From: Eukaryota sp. TZLM1-RC
Lineage: Eukaryota; Protista; Metamonada: BaSk clade
Length of the DNA stretch: 64,000 bases
Assembly: GCA_040285825.1 (NCBI GenBank)
Contig: JAUPSS010000006.1
Location: 1,116,001 to 1,180,000, forward strand
Direction: 5' to 3'
A program made the position numbers and the translations under genes. Below, piece after piece: positions 1-11,251 of this stretch. The notes beneath the pieces were generated by a model, which saw nothing but the letters and a program-made list of their open reading frames with translations, had not been told where the DNA came from and ran no database searches. Position 1 is the first letter of the stretch, and every line of letters begins with the position of its first letter.

Positions 1-293
1 AAATACAATTTGTATTTTCCCTTTTTGGTTCACTTGCACCAACTGCTTTACGTTTTTTGGATGATTTTGAAATGATTGTAAAGAGAAGAACTGGCAGAAA
101 TTTCAACAGATTGTTTTGGCAAAATAGAATTGTGTTTTCTATTTTTAAGGGGATGTTGAAGATGGTTTCTGATGCTTTGCTTTCTCTTGGATCTCACTAT
201 GAGAGAGTTGCATCTAGTGTTTTTGTTTTGGGAGAGATGGATTTTTTAGATGTTGATTTATAGGTTTTGAATAAAATTAAATTTTAAAAAAAA
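1..293 (+). mobile_element. CRE family A 3' end with poly(A) tail
   Basis: Ends ...EMDFLDVDL* then gaataaaattaaatttt and an A-run. Confidence 0.9.
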
Positions 294-422
294 TGAACCT
301 TTGTCCAAATTGGCCAGTCTACAGCATGCAAAATACAATTTGTATCCATTTGTACTTTCCCTTTTTGGTTCACTTGCACCAACTGCTTTACGTTTTTGGA
401 TGATTTTGAAATGATTGTAAAA

Positions 423-1920
423 AGGTGTTGGATTCAATTCATCAAAATATTTGACCAAAGCTGCATTTATTGGTGGTGGAAAAAATTTTGTATTTGAATT
501 CTCTAGAAGATATCCTTTTGCCGAAAATCTTCTTGAAACTACAAATAGCTTATTCCTCGATAACTTAAGAGAAGAAATATCCAGTTTATCTCCCGACTTA
601 TGGCAATCATGTTTCCCCATATCCATTCAAGAAATTCCAGACAGAAGTTTGTATTCATTAAAATTTGCGTTGAAAAAGCCCCAACGACATCTTTTGAGAA
701 AATTTGAAAGCAAGGATTTTATTGTTCGACTTAGCACGGCTAAGAAAGAAAATCCTGCTTTTGCAAATTTTTTGATTGATTTGAAGGACAGTTCATCTGC
801 AGTTTTGATAAATCAAATTCCCCAGATTTTTGGCCTATTTTTGAATGACGACCAATGGACCACTGCTATGAGAATGCGTTGTTATTTATGGCCTTGTAAT
901 TTGCCCAATGATTTGTTTTGCAAATGTGGAGCTGGTTTAACATTATCACATTTATTTAATTGTAATAGATTTATTTCCTAATTTGTATCCATTTGTATTT
1001 TCCCTTTTTGGCTCACTTGCACCAACTGCTTTACGTTTTTTGGATGATTTTGAAATGATTGTAAAGAGAAGAACTGGCAGAAATTTCAACAGATTGTTTT
1101 GGCAAAATAGAATTGTGTTTTCTATTTTTAAGGGGATGTTGAAGATGGTTTCTGATGCTTTGCTTTCTCTTGGATCTCACTATGAGAGAGTTGCATCTAG
1201 TGTTTTTGTTTTGGGAGAGATGGATTTTTTAGATGTTGATTTATAGGTTTAGAATAAAATTAAATTTTAAAAAAAAAAGATTTATTTCCTATCGTTCTAC
1301 GTTGCATGATGCAGTCAGAGATCAAATCCATGCAATGTGTAATTCCTATCATATTGAATCTTTTGTAGAACCATTGTTGGGGTCTCTTGATATAAATGAA
1401 AACGTAAGAGACTCAGAATATGCAAAACGACGTGCTGATGTTGTTGTGCCATCATTTGATGATTATCTTGAATGTTGTTGATGACGTAACAGTGGATGTT
1501 TGCAAGAAAAATGCACAATCCGAAGTATCCCCACTTGATGATTCAGAATTCTACAAACGAAAAAATATGCAAATCCTTTAAAAGAATTGAAACATGTTCG
1601 CCATGTAGATTACCAAATTTGCCCATTTGCTATATCGTTGTATAGTCGTCTTGGAAATACTGCTGTGAATTATATTGATGATTTTGAAAATCTTGTGAAA
1701 AGAAGAATGAATAAGCGTTTTGATCGTCGCTTGTGGCTAAATCGTATTGTTTTTACTATTTTCAAATCAATTCCTAAAATGATTTCGAAAGCTTTGATGT
1801 CTGTCAGTGCACATTACGAAGAAATTGCTGTTGTAAGGTTTGATGGTGTGGAAGCTTGTTTTGAAGATATTGACTTTTAGACTGTAGTTTAACAATAAAT
1901 TAAAATTTTTCATTAAAAAA
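423..1920 (+). mobile_element. CRE family B 5'-truncated copy, interrupted by an A insertion at 981-1277
   Basis: ORFs 451-981, 1233-1481 and 1587-1880 are collinear pieces ending EACFEDIDF*, followed by a tail. Confidence 0.88.
981..1277 (+). mobile_element. CRE family A short insertion with 14-bp TSD agatttatttccta
   Basis: TSD at 967-980 and 1278-1291; poly(A) at the 3' end. Confidence 0.92.
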
Positions 1921-1933
1921 ATACAATGAACCA

Positions 1934-2827
1934 TTGGATTTTGATGTTAGACTTGGCTTGGCCAAGAAAAAGAATCCCGCTTTTGCAAATCTTTTACATG
2001 ATATGTGTGACAGTACTTCTTCTGCCTTAGTAACAACAATTCCACAAGTTTATGGTACTCTCTTATCCGATTCTGCTTGGACTCTGAATATGAGATTTCG
2101 TTCCTTTATCTGGCCTGATAATTTACCTCATAATTTAATTTGTAAATGTTCTCGAGAAATTACAACTACTCATTTGTTAAATTGTAAACATTTTATTACT
2201 TTTAGAAGCAAGGTTCATGATGCTGTAAGAGACCAGTTATATTGTATGTGTAAATCTCATAGAATTGAATCCTTCTTGGAACCTTTGTTGTCAAATCTGT
2301 TTGATGCTGAAAATGATTTTCATAAGAATAATAGAGGTGATGTCATATTACCTGGATTAGATGGAAGCTTCATTTTATTGGATGTAATGTCTGTTGATCC
2401 TTGTAATGCCTCAAATGAAAGGCTTGTTAATTCTGAAATTCATAATCCCCTTTCAAATGCTGAAAATTTTAAATTCAAAAAATACAATGAACTTTTGTCC
2501 AAATTGGCCAGTCTACAGCATGCGAAATACAATTTGTATCCATTTGTATTTTCCCTTTTTGGTTCACTTGCACCAACTGCTTTACGTTTTTTGGATGATT
2601 TTGAAATGATTGTAAAGAGAAGAACTGGCAGAAATTTCAACAGATTGTTTTGGCAAAATAGAATAGTGTTTTCTATTTTTAAGGGGATGTTGAAGATGGT
2701 TTCTGATGCTTTGCTTTCTCTTGGATCTCACTATGAGAGAGTTGCATCTAGTGTTTTTGTTTTGGGAGAGATGGATTTTTTAGATGTTGATTTATAGGTT
2801 TTGAATAAAATTAAATTTTAAAAAAAA
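1934..2827 (+). mobile_element. CRE family A 5'-truncated copy (knuckle + RLE), TSD aatgaacc
   Basis: 287-aa ORF; aatgaacc at 1925-1932 and 2826-2833. Confidence 0.9.
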
Positions 2828-4178
2828 TGAACCTTTGTCCAAATTGGCCAGTCTACAGCATGCAAAATACAATTTGTATCCATTTGTATTTTCCCTTTTT
2901 GGTTCACTTGCACCAACTGCTTTACGTTTTTGGATGATTTTGAAATGATTGTAAAAAGGTGTTGGATTCAATTCATCAAAATATTTGACCAAAGCTGCAT
3001 TTATTGGTGGTGGAAAAAATTTTGTATTTGAATTCTCTAGAAGATATCCTTTTGCCGAAAATCTTCTTGAAACTACAAATAGCTTATTCCTCGATAACTT
3101 AAGAGAAGAAATATCCAGTTTATCTCCCGACTTATGGCAATCATGTTTCCCCATATCCATTCAAGAAATTCCAGACAGAAGTTTGTATTCATTAAAATTT
3201 GCGTTGAAAAAGCCCCAACAACATCTTTTGAGAAAATTTGAAAGCAAGGATTTTATTGTTCGACTTAGCACGGCTAAGAAAGAAAATCCTGCTTTTGCAA
3301 ATTTTTTGATTGATTTGAAGGACAGTTCATCTGCAGTTTTGATAAATCAAATTCCCCAGATTTTTGGCCTATTTTTGAATGACGACCAATGGACCACTGC
3401 TATGAGAATGCGTTGTTATTTATGGCCTTGTAATTTGCCCAATGATTTGTTTTGCAAATGTGGAGCTGGTTTAACATTATCACATTTATTTAATTGTAAT
3501 AGATTTATTTCCTATCGTTCTACGTTGCATGATGCAGTCAGAGATCAAATCCATGCAATGTGTAATTCCTATCATATTGAATCTTTTGTAGAACCTTTGT
3601 TGAGGTCTCTTGATATAAATGAAAGCGAAAGAGATTCAGAATATGGAAAACGACGTGCTGATGTTGTTGTGCCCCCGTTTGATGATGTCATGAATGTTGT
3701 TGATGTCGTAACAGTGGATGTTTGCAAGAAAAATGCCTTGAAAAATGCTCAAAAGTACCCAATTTTTGGCTTATTTAATGTCTGTTGATCCATCAATTTT
3801 GAAAAATCATATTTTTTCTGATGTTCAACTTGGCGGTGTTGGATTCAATTCATCAAAATATTTGACCAAAGCTGCATTTATTGGTGGTGGAAAAAATTTT
3901 GTATTTGAATTCTCTAGAAGATATCCTTTTGCCGAAAATCTTCTTGAAACTACAAATAGCTTATTCCTCGATAACTTAAGAGAAGAAATATCCAGTTTAT
4001 CTCCCGACTTATGGCAATCATGTTTCCCCATATCCATTCAAGAAATTCCAGACAGAAGTTTGTATTCATTAAAATTTGCGTTGAAAAAGCCCCAACAACA
4101 TCTTTTGAGAAAATTTGAAAGCAAGGATTTTATTGTTCGACTTAGCACGGCTAAGAAAGAAAATCCTGCTTTTGCAAA

Positions 4179-5720
4179 TTTTTTTTAAAATTTAATTTTA
4201 TTCAAAACCTATAAATCAACATCTAAAAAATCCATCTCTCCCAAAACAAAAACACTAGATGCAACTCTCTCATAGTGAGATCCAAGAGAAAGCAAAGCAT
4301 CAGAAACCATCTTCAACATCCCCTTAAAAATAGAAAACACAATTCTGTTTTGCCAAAACAATCTGTTGAAATTTCTGCCAGTTCTTCTCTTTACAATCAT
4401 TTCAAAATCATCCAAAAAACGTAAAGCAGTTGGTGCAAGTGAACCAAAAAGGGAAAATACAAATGGATACAAATTGTATTTTGCATGCTGTAGACTGGCC
4501 AATTTGGACAAAGGTTCATTGTATTTTTTGAATTTAAAATTTTCAGCATTTGAAAGGGGATTATGAATTTCAGAATTAACAAGCCTTTCATTTGAGGCAT
4601 TACAAGGATCAACAGACATAAAGCTTCCATCTAATCCAGGTAATATGACATCACCTCTATTATTCTTATGAAAATCATTTTCAGCATCAAACAGATTTGA
4701 CAACAGAGGTTCCAAGAAGGATTCAATTCTATGAGATTTACACATACAATATAACTGGTCTCTTACAGCATCATGAACCTTGCTTCTAAAAGTAATAAAA
4801 TGTTTACAATTTAACAAATGAGTAGTTGTAATTTCTCGAGAACATTTACAAATTAAATTATGAGGTAAATTATCAGGCCAGATAAAGGAACGAAATCTCA
4901 TATTCAGAGTCCAAGCAGAATCGGATAAGAGAGTACCATATACTTGTGGAATTGTTGTTACTAAGGCAGAAGAAGTACTGTCACACATATCTTGTAAAAA
5001 GATTTGCAAAAGCGGGATTCTTTTTCTTGGCCAAGCCAAGTCTAACATCAAAATCCAAGCTTTCAAAAATCTTTGACAATTTTTGTTGAAGCTTTTTACA
5101 GCAAAACTGTAAATTAAATAGAGATCGGTTTGGAATTTCTTGAATTGATTGAGGAAAGCATTTGGTCCAAATTTGTGGCGGTAATTTTTCAAGTTCACAA
5201 GATAACTCATACAAATAGGGACTACAATTGGGGACTAACAGATGAGAATCATCAGGAAATCTACGAGAAAATTCATAAATAAAATTTTTGCCACCACCCA
5301 AGAATGCTGATTGACACAAAATTGAAGATTTAGTAAATCCAATACCCCCAAATTTGCTGAAGAAAATAAATGGCTTTTCAACATTCCTGGTTCTACATCC
5401 AATAAATCAGCAAAAAAATTCTGTTCTCAATGAATTAAAAAGAACGACAAAAATCTAATGCTATGGAAGGAGCACAAGATCTCAAAATGTGGGTTATTCT
5501 CCCAGTGTAGCAAATTTTAAGCATAAAAAAATTTAATATGCTTTTCTATATCTAAAGAAGAAATTGAATCAAGTTCAATTTTCATTTTTTCCAAAATAAC
5601 TTGCAATTCATTCTGAATTTGAGGCACATTTCCTAACCAACAACCAAGGAACTTAAAAGCATCACTACTATAATTAGTAAAAGGGACAATAGAATCGTTT
5701 ATCACGAGGTCTTGAGCAGA
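4179..5720 (-). mobile_element. CRE family A antisense copy, TSD cctgcttttgcaaa(ttt)
   Basis: Poly(T) at 4179-4186; TSD starts at 4165 and 5725; 15-bp in-frame deletion removes ILLDV from the RLE. Confidence 0.9.
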
Positions 5721-8700
5721 AAAACCTGCTTTTGCAAATTTTTTGATTGATTTGAAGGACAGTTCATCTGCAGTTTTGATAAATCAAATTCCCCAGATTT
5801 TTGGCCTATTTTTGAATGACGACCAATGGACCACTGCTATGAGAATGCGTTGTTATTTATGGCCTTGTAATTTGCCCAATGATTTGTTTTGCAAATGTGG
5901 AGCTGGTTTAACATTATCACATTTATTTAATTGTAATAGATTTATTTCCTATCGTTCTACGTTGCATGATGCAGTCAGAGATCAAATCCATGCAATGTGT
6001 AATTCCTATCATATTGAATCTTTTGTAGAACCTTTGTTGAGGTCTCTTGATATAAATGAAAGCGAAAGAGATTCAGAATATGGAAAACGACGTGCTGATG
6101 TTGTTGTGCCCTCATTTGATGATGTCATGAATGTTGTTGATGTCGTAACAGTGGATGTTTGCAAGAAAAATGCCTTGAAAAATGCTCAATCCGAAGTATC
6201 CCCCCTTGATGACTCCGAATTGTACAAACGGAAAAAGTATGCAAATCCTTTAAAAGAATTGAAACATGTTCGCCATGTAGATTACCAAATTTGCCCATTT
6301 GCTATATCGTTGTATGGTCGTCTTGGAAAAACTGCTATGAATTTTATTGATGATTTTGAAAATCTTGTGAAAAGAAGAATGAATAAGCGTTTTGATCGTC
6401 GCTTGTGGCTAAATCGTATTGTTTTTACTATTTTCAAATCAATTCCCAAAATTTTTTTTTTAAATTTAATTTTATTCTAAACCTATAAATCAACATCCAA
6501 AAAATCCATCTCTCCCAAAACAAAAACACTAGATGCAACTCTCTCATAGTGAGATCCAAGAGAAAGCAAAGCATCAGAAACCATCTTCAACATCCCCTTA
6601 AAAATAGAAAACACTATTCTATTTTGCCAAAACAATCTGTTGAAATTTCTGCCAGTTCTTCTCTTTACAATCATTTCAAAATCATCCAAAAACGTAAAGC
6701 AGTTGGTGCAAGTGAACCAAAAAGGGAAAATACAAATGGATACAAATTGTATTTTGCATGCTGTAGACTGGCCAATTTGGACAAAGGTTCATTGTATTTT
6801 TTGAATTTAAAATTTTCAGCATTTGAAAGGGGATTATGAATTTCAGAATTAACAAGCCTTTCATTTGAGGCATTACAAGGATCAACAGACATTACATCCA
6901 ATAAAATAAAGCTTCCATCTAATCCAGGTAATATGACATCACCTCTATTATTCTTATGAAAATCATTTTCAGCATCAAACAGATTTGACAACAGAGGTTC
7001 CAAGAAGGATTCAATTCTATGAATTTTACACATACAATATAACTGGTCTCTTACAGCATCATGAACCTTGCTTCTAAAAGTAATAAAATGTTTACAATTT
7101 AACAAATGAGTAATTTTAATTTTTCGAGAACATTTACAAATTAAATTATGAGGTAAATTATCAGGCCAAATAGAGGAACGAAATCTCATATTCAAAGTAC
7201 AAGCAGAATCAGTTAAGAAAGTACCATAAACTTGAGGAATAGTTGTTACTAAGGCAGAAGAAGTACTATCACACATATCTTGTAAAAGATTTGCAAAAGC
7301 GGGATTCTTTTTCTTAGCCAAGCCAAGCCTAACATCAAAATCCAAGCTTTCAAAAATCTTTGACAATTTTTGTTGAAGCTTTTTACAGCAAAACTGTAAA
7401 TTAAATAGAGATCGGTTTGGAATTTCTTGAATTGATTGAGGAAAACATTTGGTCCAAATTTGTGGCGGTAATTTTTCAAGTTCACAAGATAACTCAAACA
7501 AATAGGGACTACAATTGGGGACTAACAGATGAGAATCATCAGGAAATCTACGAGAAAATTCATAAATAAAATTTTTGCCACCACCCAAGAATGCTGATTG
7601 ACACAAAATTGAAGATTTAGTAAATCCAATACCCCCAAATTTGCTGAAGAAAATAAATGGCTTTTCAACATTCCTGGTTCTACATCCAATAAATCAGCAA
7701 AAAATTCTGTTCTCAATGAATTAAAAGAACGACAAAAATCTAATGCTATGGAAGGAGCACAAGATCTCAAAATGTGGGTTATTCTCCCAGTGTAGCAAAT
7801 TTTAAGCATAAAAAATTTAATATGCTTTTCTATATCTAAAGAAGAAATTGAATCAAGTTCAATTTTCATTTTTTCCAAAATAACTTGCAATTCATTCTGA
7901 ATTTGAGGCACATTTCCTAACCAACAACCAAGGAACTTAAAAGCATCACTACTATAATTAGTAAAAGGGACAATAGAATCGTTTATCACGAGGTCTTGAG
8001 CAGAAAAACCTGCTTTTGCAAATTTTTTGATTGATTTGAAGGACAGTTCATCTGCAGTTTTGATAAATCAAATTCCCCAGATTTTTGGCCTATTTTTGAA
8101 TGACGACCAATGGACCACTGCTATGAGAATGCGTTGTTATTTATGGCCTTGTAATTTGCCCAATGATTTGTTTTGCAAATGTGGAGCTGGTTTAACATTA
8201 TCACATTTATTTAATTGTAATAGATTTATTTCCTATCGTTCTACGTTGCATGATGCAGTCAGAGATCAAATCCATGCAATGTGTAATTCCTATCATATTG
8301 AATCTTTTGTAGAACCTTTGTTGAGGTCTCTTGATATAAATGAAAGCGAAAGAGATTCAGAATATGGAAAAACGACGTGCTGATGTTGTTGTGCCCTCAT
8401 TTGATGATGTCATGAATGTTGTTGATGTCGTAACAGTGGATGTTTGCAAGAAAAATGCCTTGAAAAATGCTCAATCCGAAGTATCCCCCTTGATGACTCC
8501 GAATTGTACAAACGGAAAAAAATATGCAAATCCTTTAAAAGAATTGAAACATGTTCGCCATGTAGATTACCAAATTTGCCCATTTGCTATATCGTTGTAT
8601 GGTCGTCTTGGAAAAACTGCTATGAATTTTATTGATGATTTTGAAAATCTTGTGAAAAAGAAGAATGAATAAGCGTTTTGATCGTCGCTTGTGGCTAAAT

Positions 8701-10285
8701 CGTATTGTTTTTACTATTTTCAAATCAATTCCCAAAATTTTTTTTTTAAATTTAATTTTATTCTAAACCTATAAATCAACATCCAAAAAATCCATCTCTC
8801 CCAAAACAAAAACACTAGATGCAACTCTCTCATAGTGAGATCCAAGAGAAAGCAAAGCATCAGAAACCATCTTCAACATCCCCTTAAAAATAGAAAACAC
8901 TATTCTATTTTTGCCAAAACAATCTGTTGAAATTTCTGCCAGTTCTTCTCTTTACAATCATTTCAAAATCATCCAAAAAACGTAAAGCAGTTGGTGCAAG
9001 TGAACCAAAAAGGGAAAATACAAATGGATACAAATTGTATTTTGCATGCTGTAGACTGGCCAATTTGGACAAAGGTTCATTGTATTTTTGAATTTAAAAT
9101 TTTCAGCATTTGAAAGGGGATTATGAATTTCAGAATTAACAAGCCTTTCATTTGAGGCATTACAAGGATCAACAGACATTACATCCAATAAAATAAAGCT
9201 TCCATCTAATCCAGGTAATATGACATCACCTCTATTATTCTTATGAAAATCATTTTCAGCATCAAACAGATTTGACAACAGAGGTTCCAAGAAGGATTCA
9301 ATTCTATGAGATTTACACATACAATATAACTGGTCTCTTACAGCATCATGAACCTTGCTTCTAAAAGTAATAAAATGTTTACAATTTAACAAATGAGTAG
9401 TTGTAATTTCTCGAGAACATTTACAAATTAAATTATGAGGTAAATTATCAGGCCAGATAAAGGAACGAAATCTCATATTCAGAGTCCAAGCAGAATCGGA
9501 TAAGAGAGTACCATAAACTTGTGGAATTGTTGTTACTAAGGCAGAAGAAGTACTGTCACACATATCTTGTAAAAAGATTTGCAAAAGCGGGATTCTTTTT
9601 CTTGGCCAAGCCAAGTCTAACATCAAAATCCAAGCTTTCAAAAATCTTTGACAATTTTTGTTGAAGCTTTTTACAGCAAAACTGTAAATTAAATAGAGAT
9701 CGGTTTGGAATTTCTTGAATTGATTGAGGAAAACATTTGGTCCAAATTTGTGGCGGTAATTTTTCAAGTTCACAAGATAACTCAAACAAATAGGGACTAC
9801 AATTGGGGACTAACAGATGAGAATCATCAGGAAATCTACGAGAAAATTCATAAATAAAATTTTGCCACCACCCAAGAATGCTGATTGACACAAAATTGAA
9901 GATTTAGTAAATCCAATACCCCCAAATTTGCTGAAGAAAATAAATGGCTTTTTCAACATTCCTGGTTCTACATCCAATAAATCAGCAAAAAAATTCTGTT
10001 CTCAATGAATTAAAAGAACGACAAAAATCTAATGCTATGGAAGGAGCACAAGATCTCAAAATGTGGGTTATTCTCCCAGTGTAGCAAATTTTTAAGCATA
10101 AAAAAATTTAATATGCTTTTCTATATCTAAAGAAGAAATTGAATCAAGTTCAATTTTCATTTTTTCCAAAATAACTTGCAATTCATTCTGAATTTGAGGC
10201 ACATTTCCTAACCAACAACCAAGGAACTTAAAAGCATCACTACTATAATTAGTAAAAGGGACAATAGAATCGTTTATCACGAGGT
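5721..10285. repeat. Tandem duplication with a unit of about 2284 bp (B fragment + antisense A)
   Basis: Identical ORF starts at 5743 and 8027; identical junctions at 6450 and 8737. Confidence 0.85.
6451..8004 (-). mobile_element. CRE family A antisense copy (recombinant, part of the 2284-bp tandem duplication)
   Basis: 3' junction matches that of the 8738 copy; 5' junction matches that of the 4179 copy. Confidence 0.85.
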
Positions 10286-10553
10286 CTTGAGCAGAAGAGC
10301 CAATCAGAAGGCATTTGCTGGCATTAAGATGAAGCCCAATATTTTCATATGAATCGGCAATTTCATGAGCAACCAATTCTAGTAAATCAAATGAACCAAT
10401 CAAGGATATATCATCCATATAAGCAACTATTTTTATAGAAGGGTATTTTTGCTTAATGATATTTAAAGTTTTGTGAATAGCTAAACAAAACAATAATGGA
10501 CCTAAAGGGTCACCTTGCTTCACACCAGATGATGATTTAAGAGCAAATGAATT
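8738..10553 (-). mobile_element. CRE family A antisense copy reaching the RT core (QGDPLGP, YMDD)
   Basis: ORFs 8958-9785, 9556-9891, 10092-10712; B resumes at 10554. Confidence 0.88.
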
Positions 10554-11251
10554 AAAATGATTTCGAAAGCTTTGATGTCTGTCAGTGCACATTACGAAGA
10601 AATTGCTGTTGTGAGGTTTGATGGTGTGGAAGCTTGTTTTGAAGATATTGACTTTTAGACTGTAGTTTAATAATAAATTAAAATTTTTCAAAAAAAAAAG
10701 AAAAATGCTCAATCTGAAGTATCCCCCCTTGATGACTCCGAATTGTACAAACGGAAAAAATATGCAAATCCTTTAAAAGAATTGAAACATGTTCGCCATG
10801 TAGATTACCAAATTTGCCCATTTGCTATATCGTTGTATGGTCGTCTTGGAAAAACTGCTATGAATTTTATTGATGATTTTGAAAATCTTGTGAAAAGAAG
10901 AATGAATAAGCGTTTTGATCGTCGCTTGTGGCTAAATCGTATTGTTTTTACTATTTTCAAATCAATTCCTAAAATGATTTCGAAAGCTTTGATGTCTGTC
11001 AGTGCACATTACGAAGAAATTGCTGTTGTGAGGTTTGATGGTGTGGAAGCTTGTTTTGAAGATATTGACTTTTAGACTGTAGTTTAACAATAAATTAAAA
11101 TTTTTCATTAAAAAAATACAATGAACCTTTGTCCAAATTGGCCAGTCTACAGCATGCAAAATACAATTTGTATCCATTTGTACTTTCCCTTTTTGGTTCA
11201 CTTGCACCAACTGCTTTACGTTTTTTGGATGATTTTGAAATGATTGTAAAA

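Larger units (their letters stand above)
3753..10699 (+). mobile_element. Inner CRE family B copy (13-bp TSD), itself carrying antisense A copies
   Basis: TSD at 3740-3752 and 10700-10712; B pieces at 3753-4180, 5721-6450, 8005-8737 and 10554-10699. Confidence 0.8.
2957..11116 (+). mobile_element. Outer CRE family B copy split by a nested B insertion
   Basis: B sequence stops at 3752 and resumes at 10700 with duplicated gaaaaatgctcaa; tail near 11110. Confidence 0.8.

Noticed and set aside
258-626. Recurrent antisense and alternative-frame ORFs (MDMGKHDCHK..., MKFLPVLLFT..., MSYLVNLKNY...)
   Set aside because: Shadow frames of the retroelement ORF, recurring only because the DNA is repeated; several cross insertion junctions
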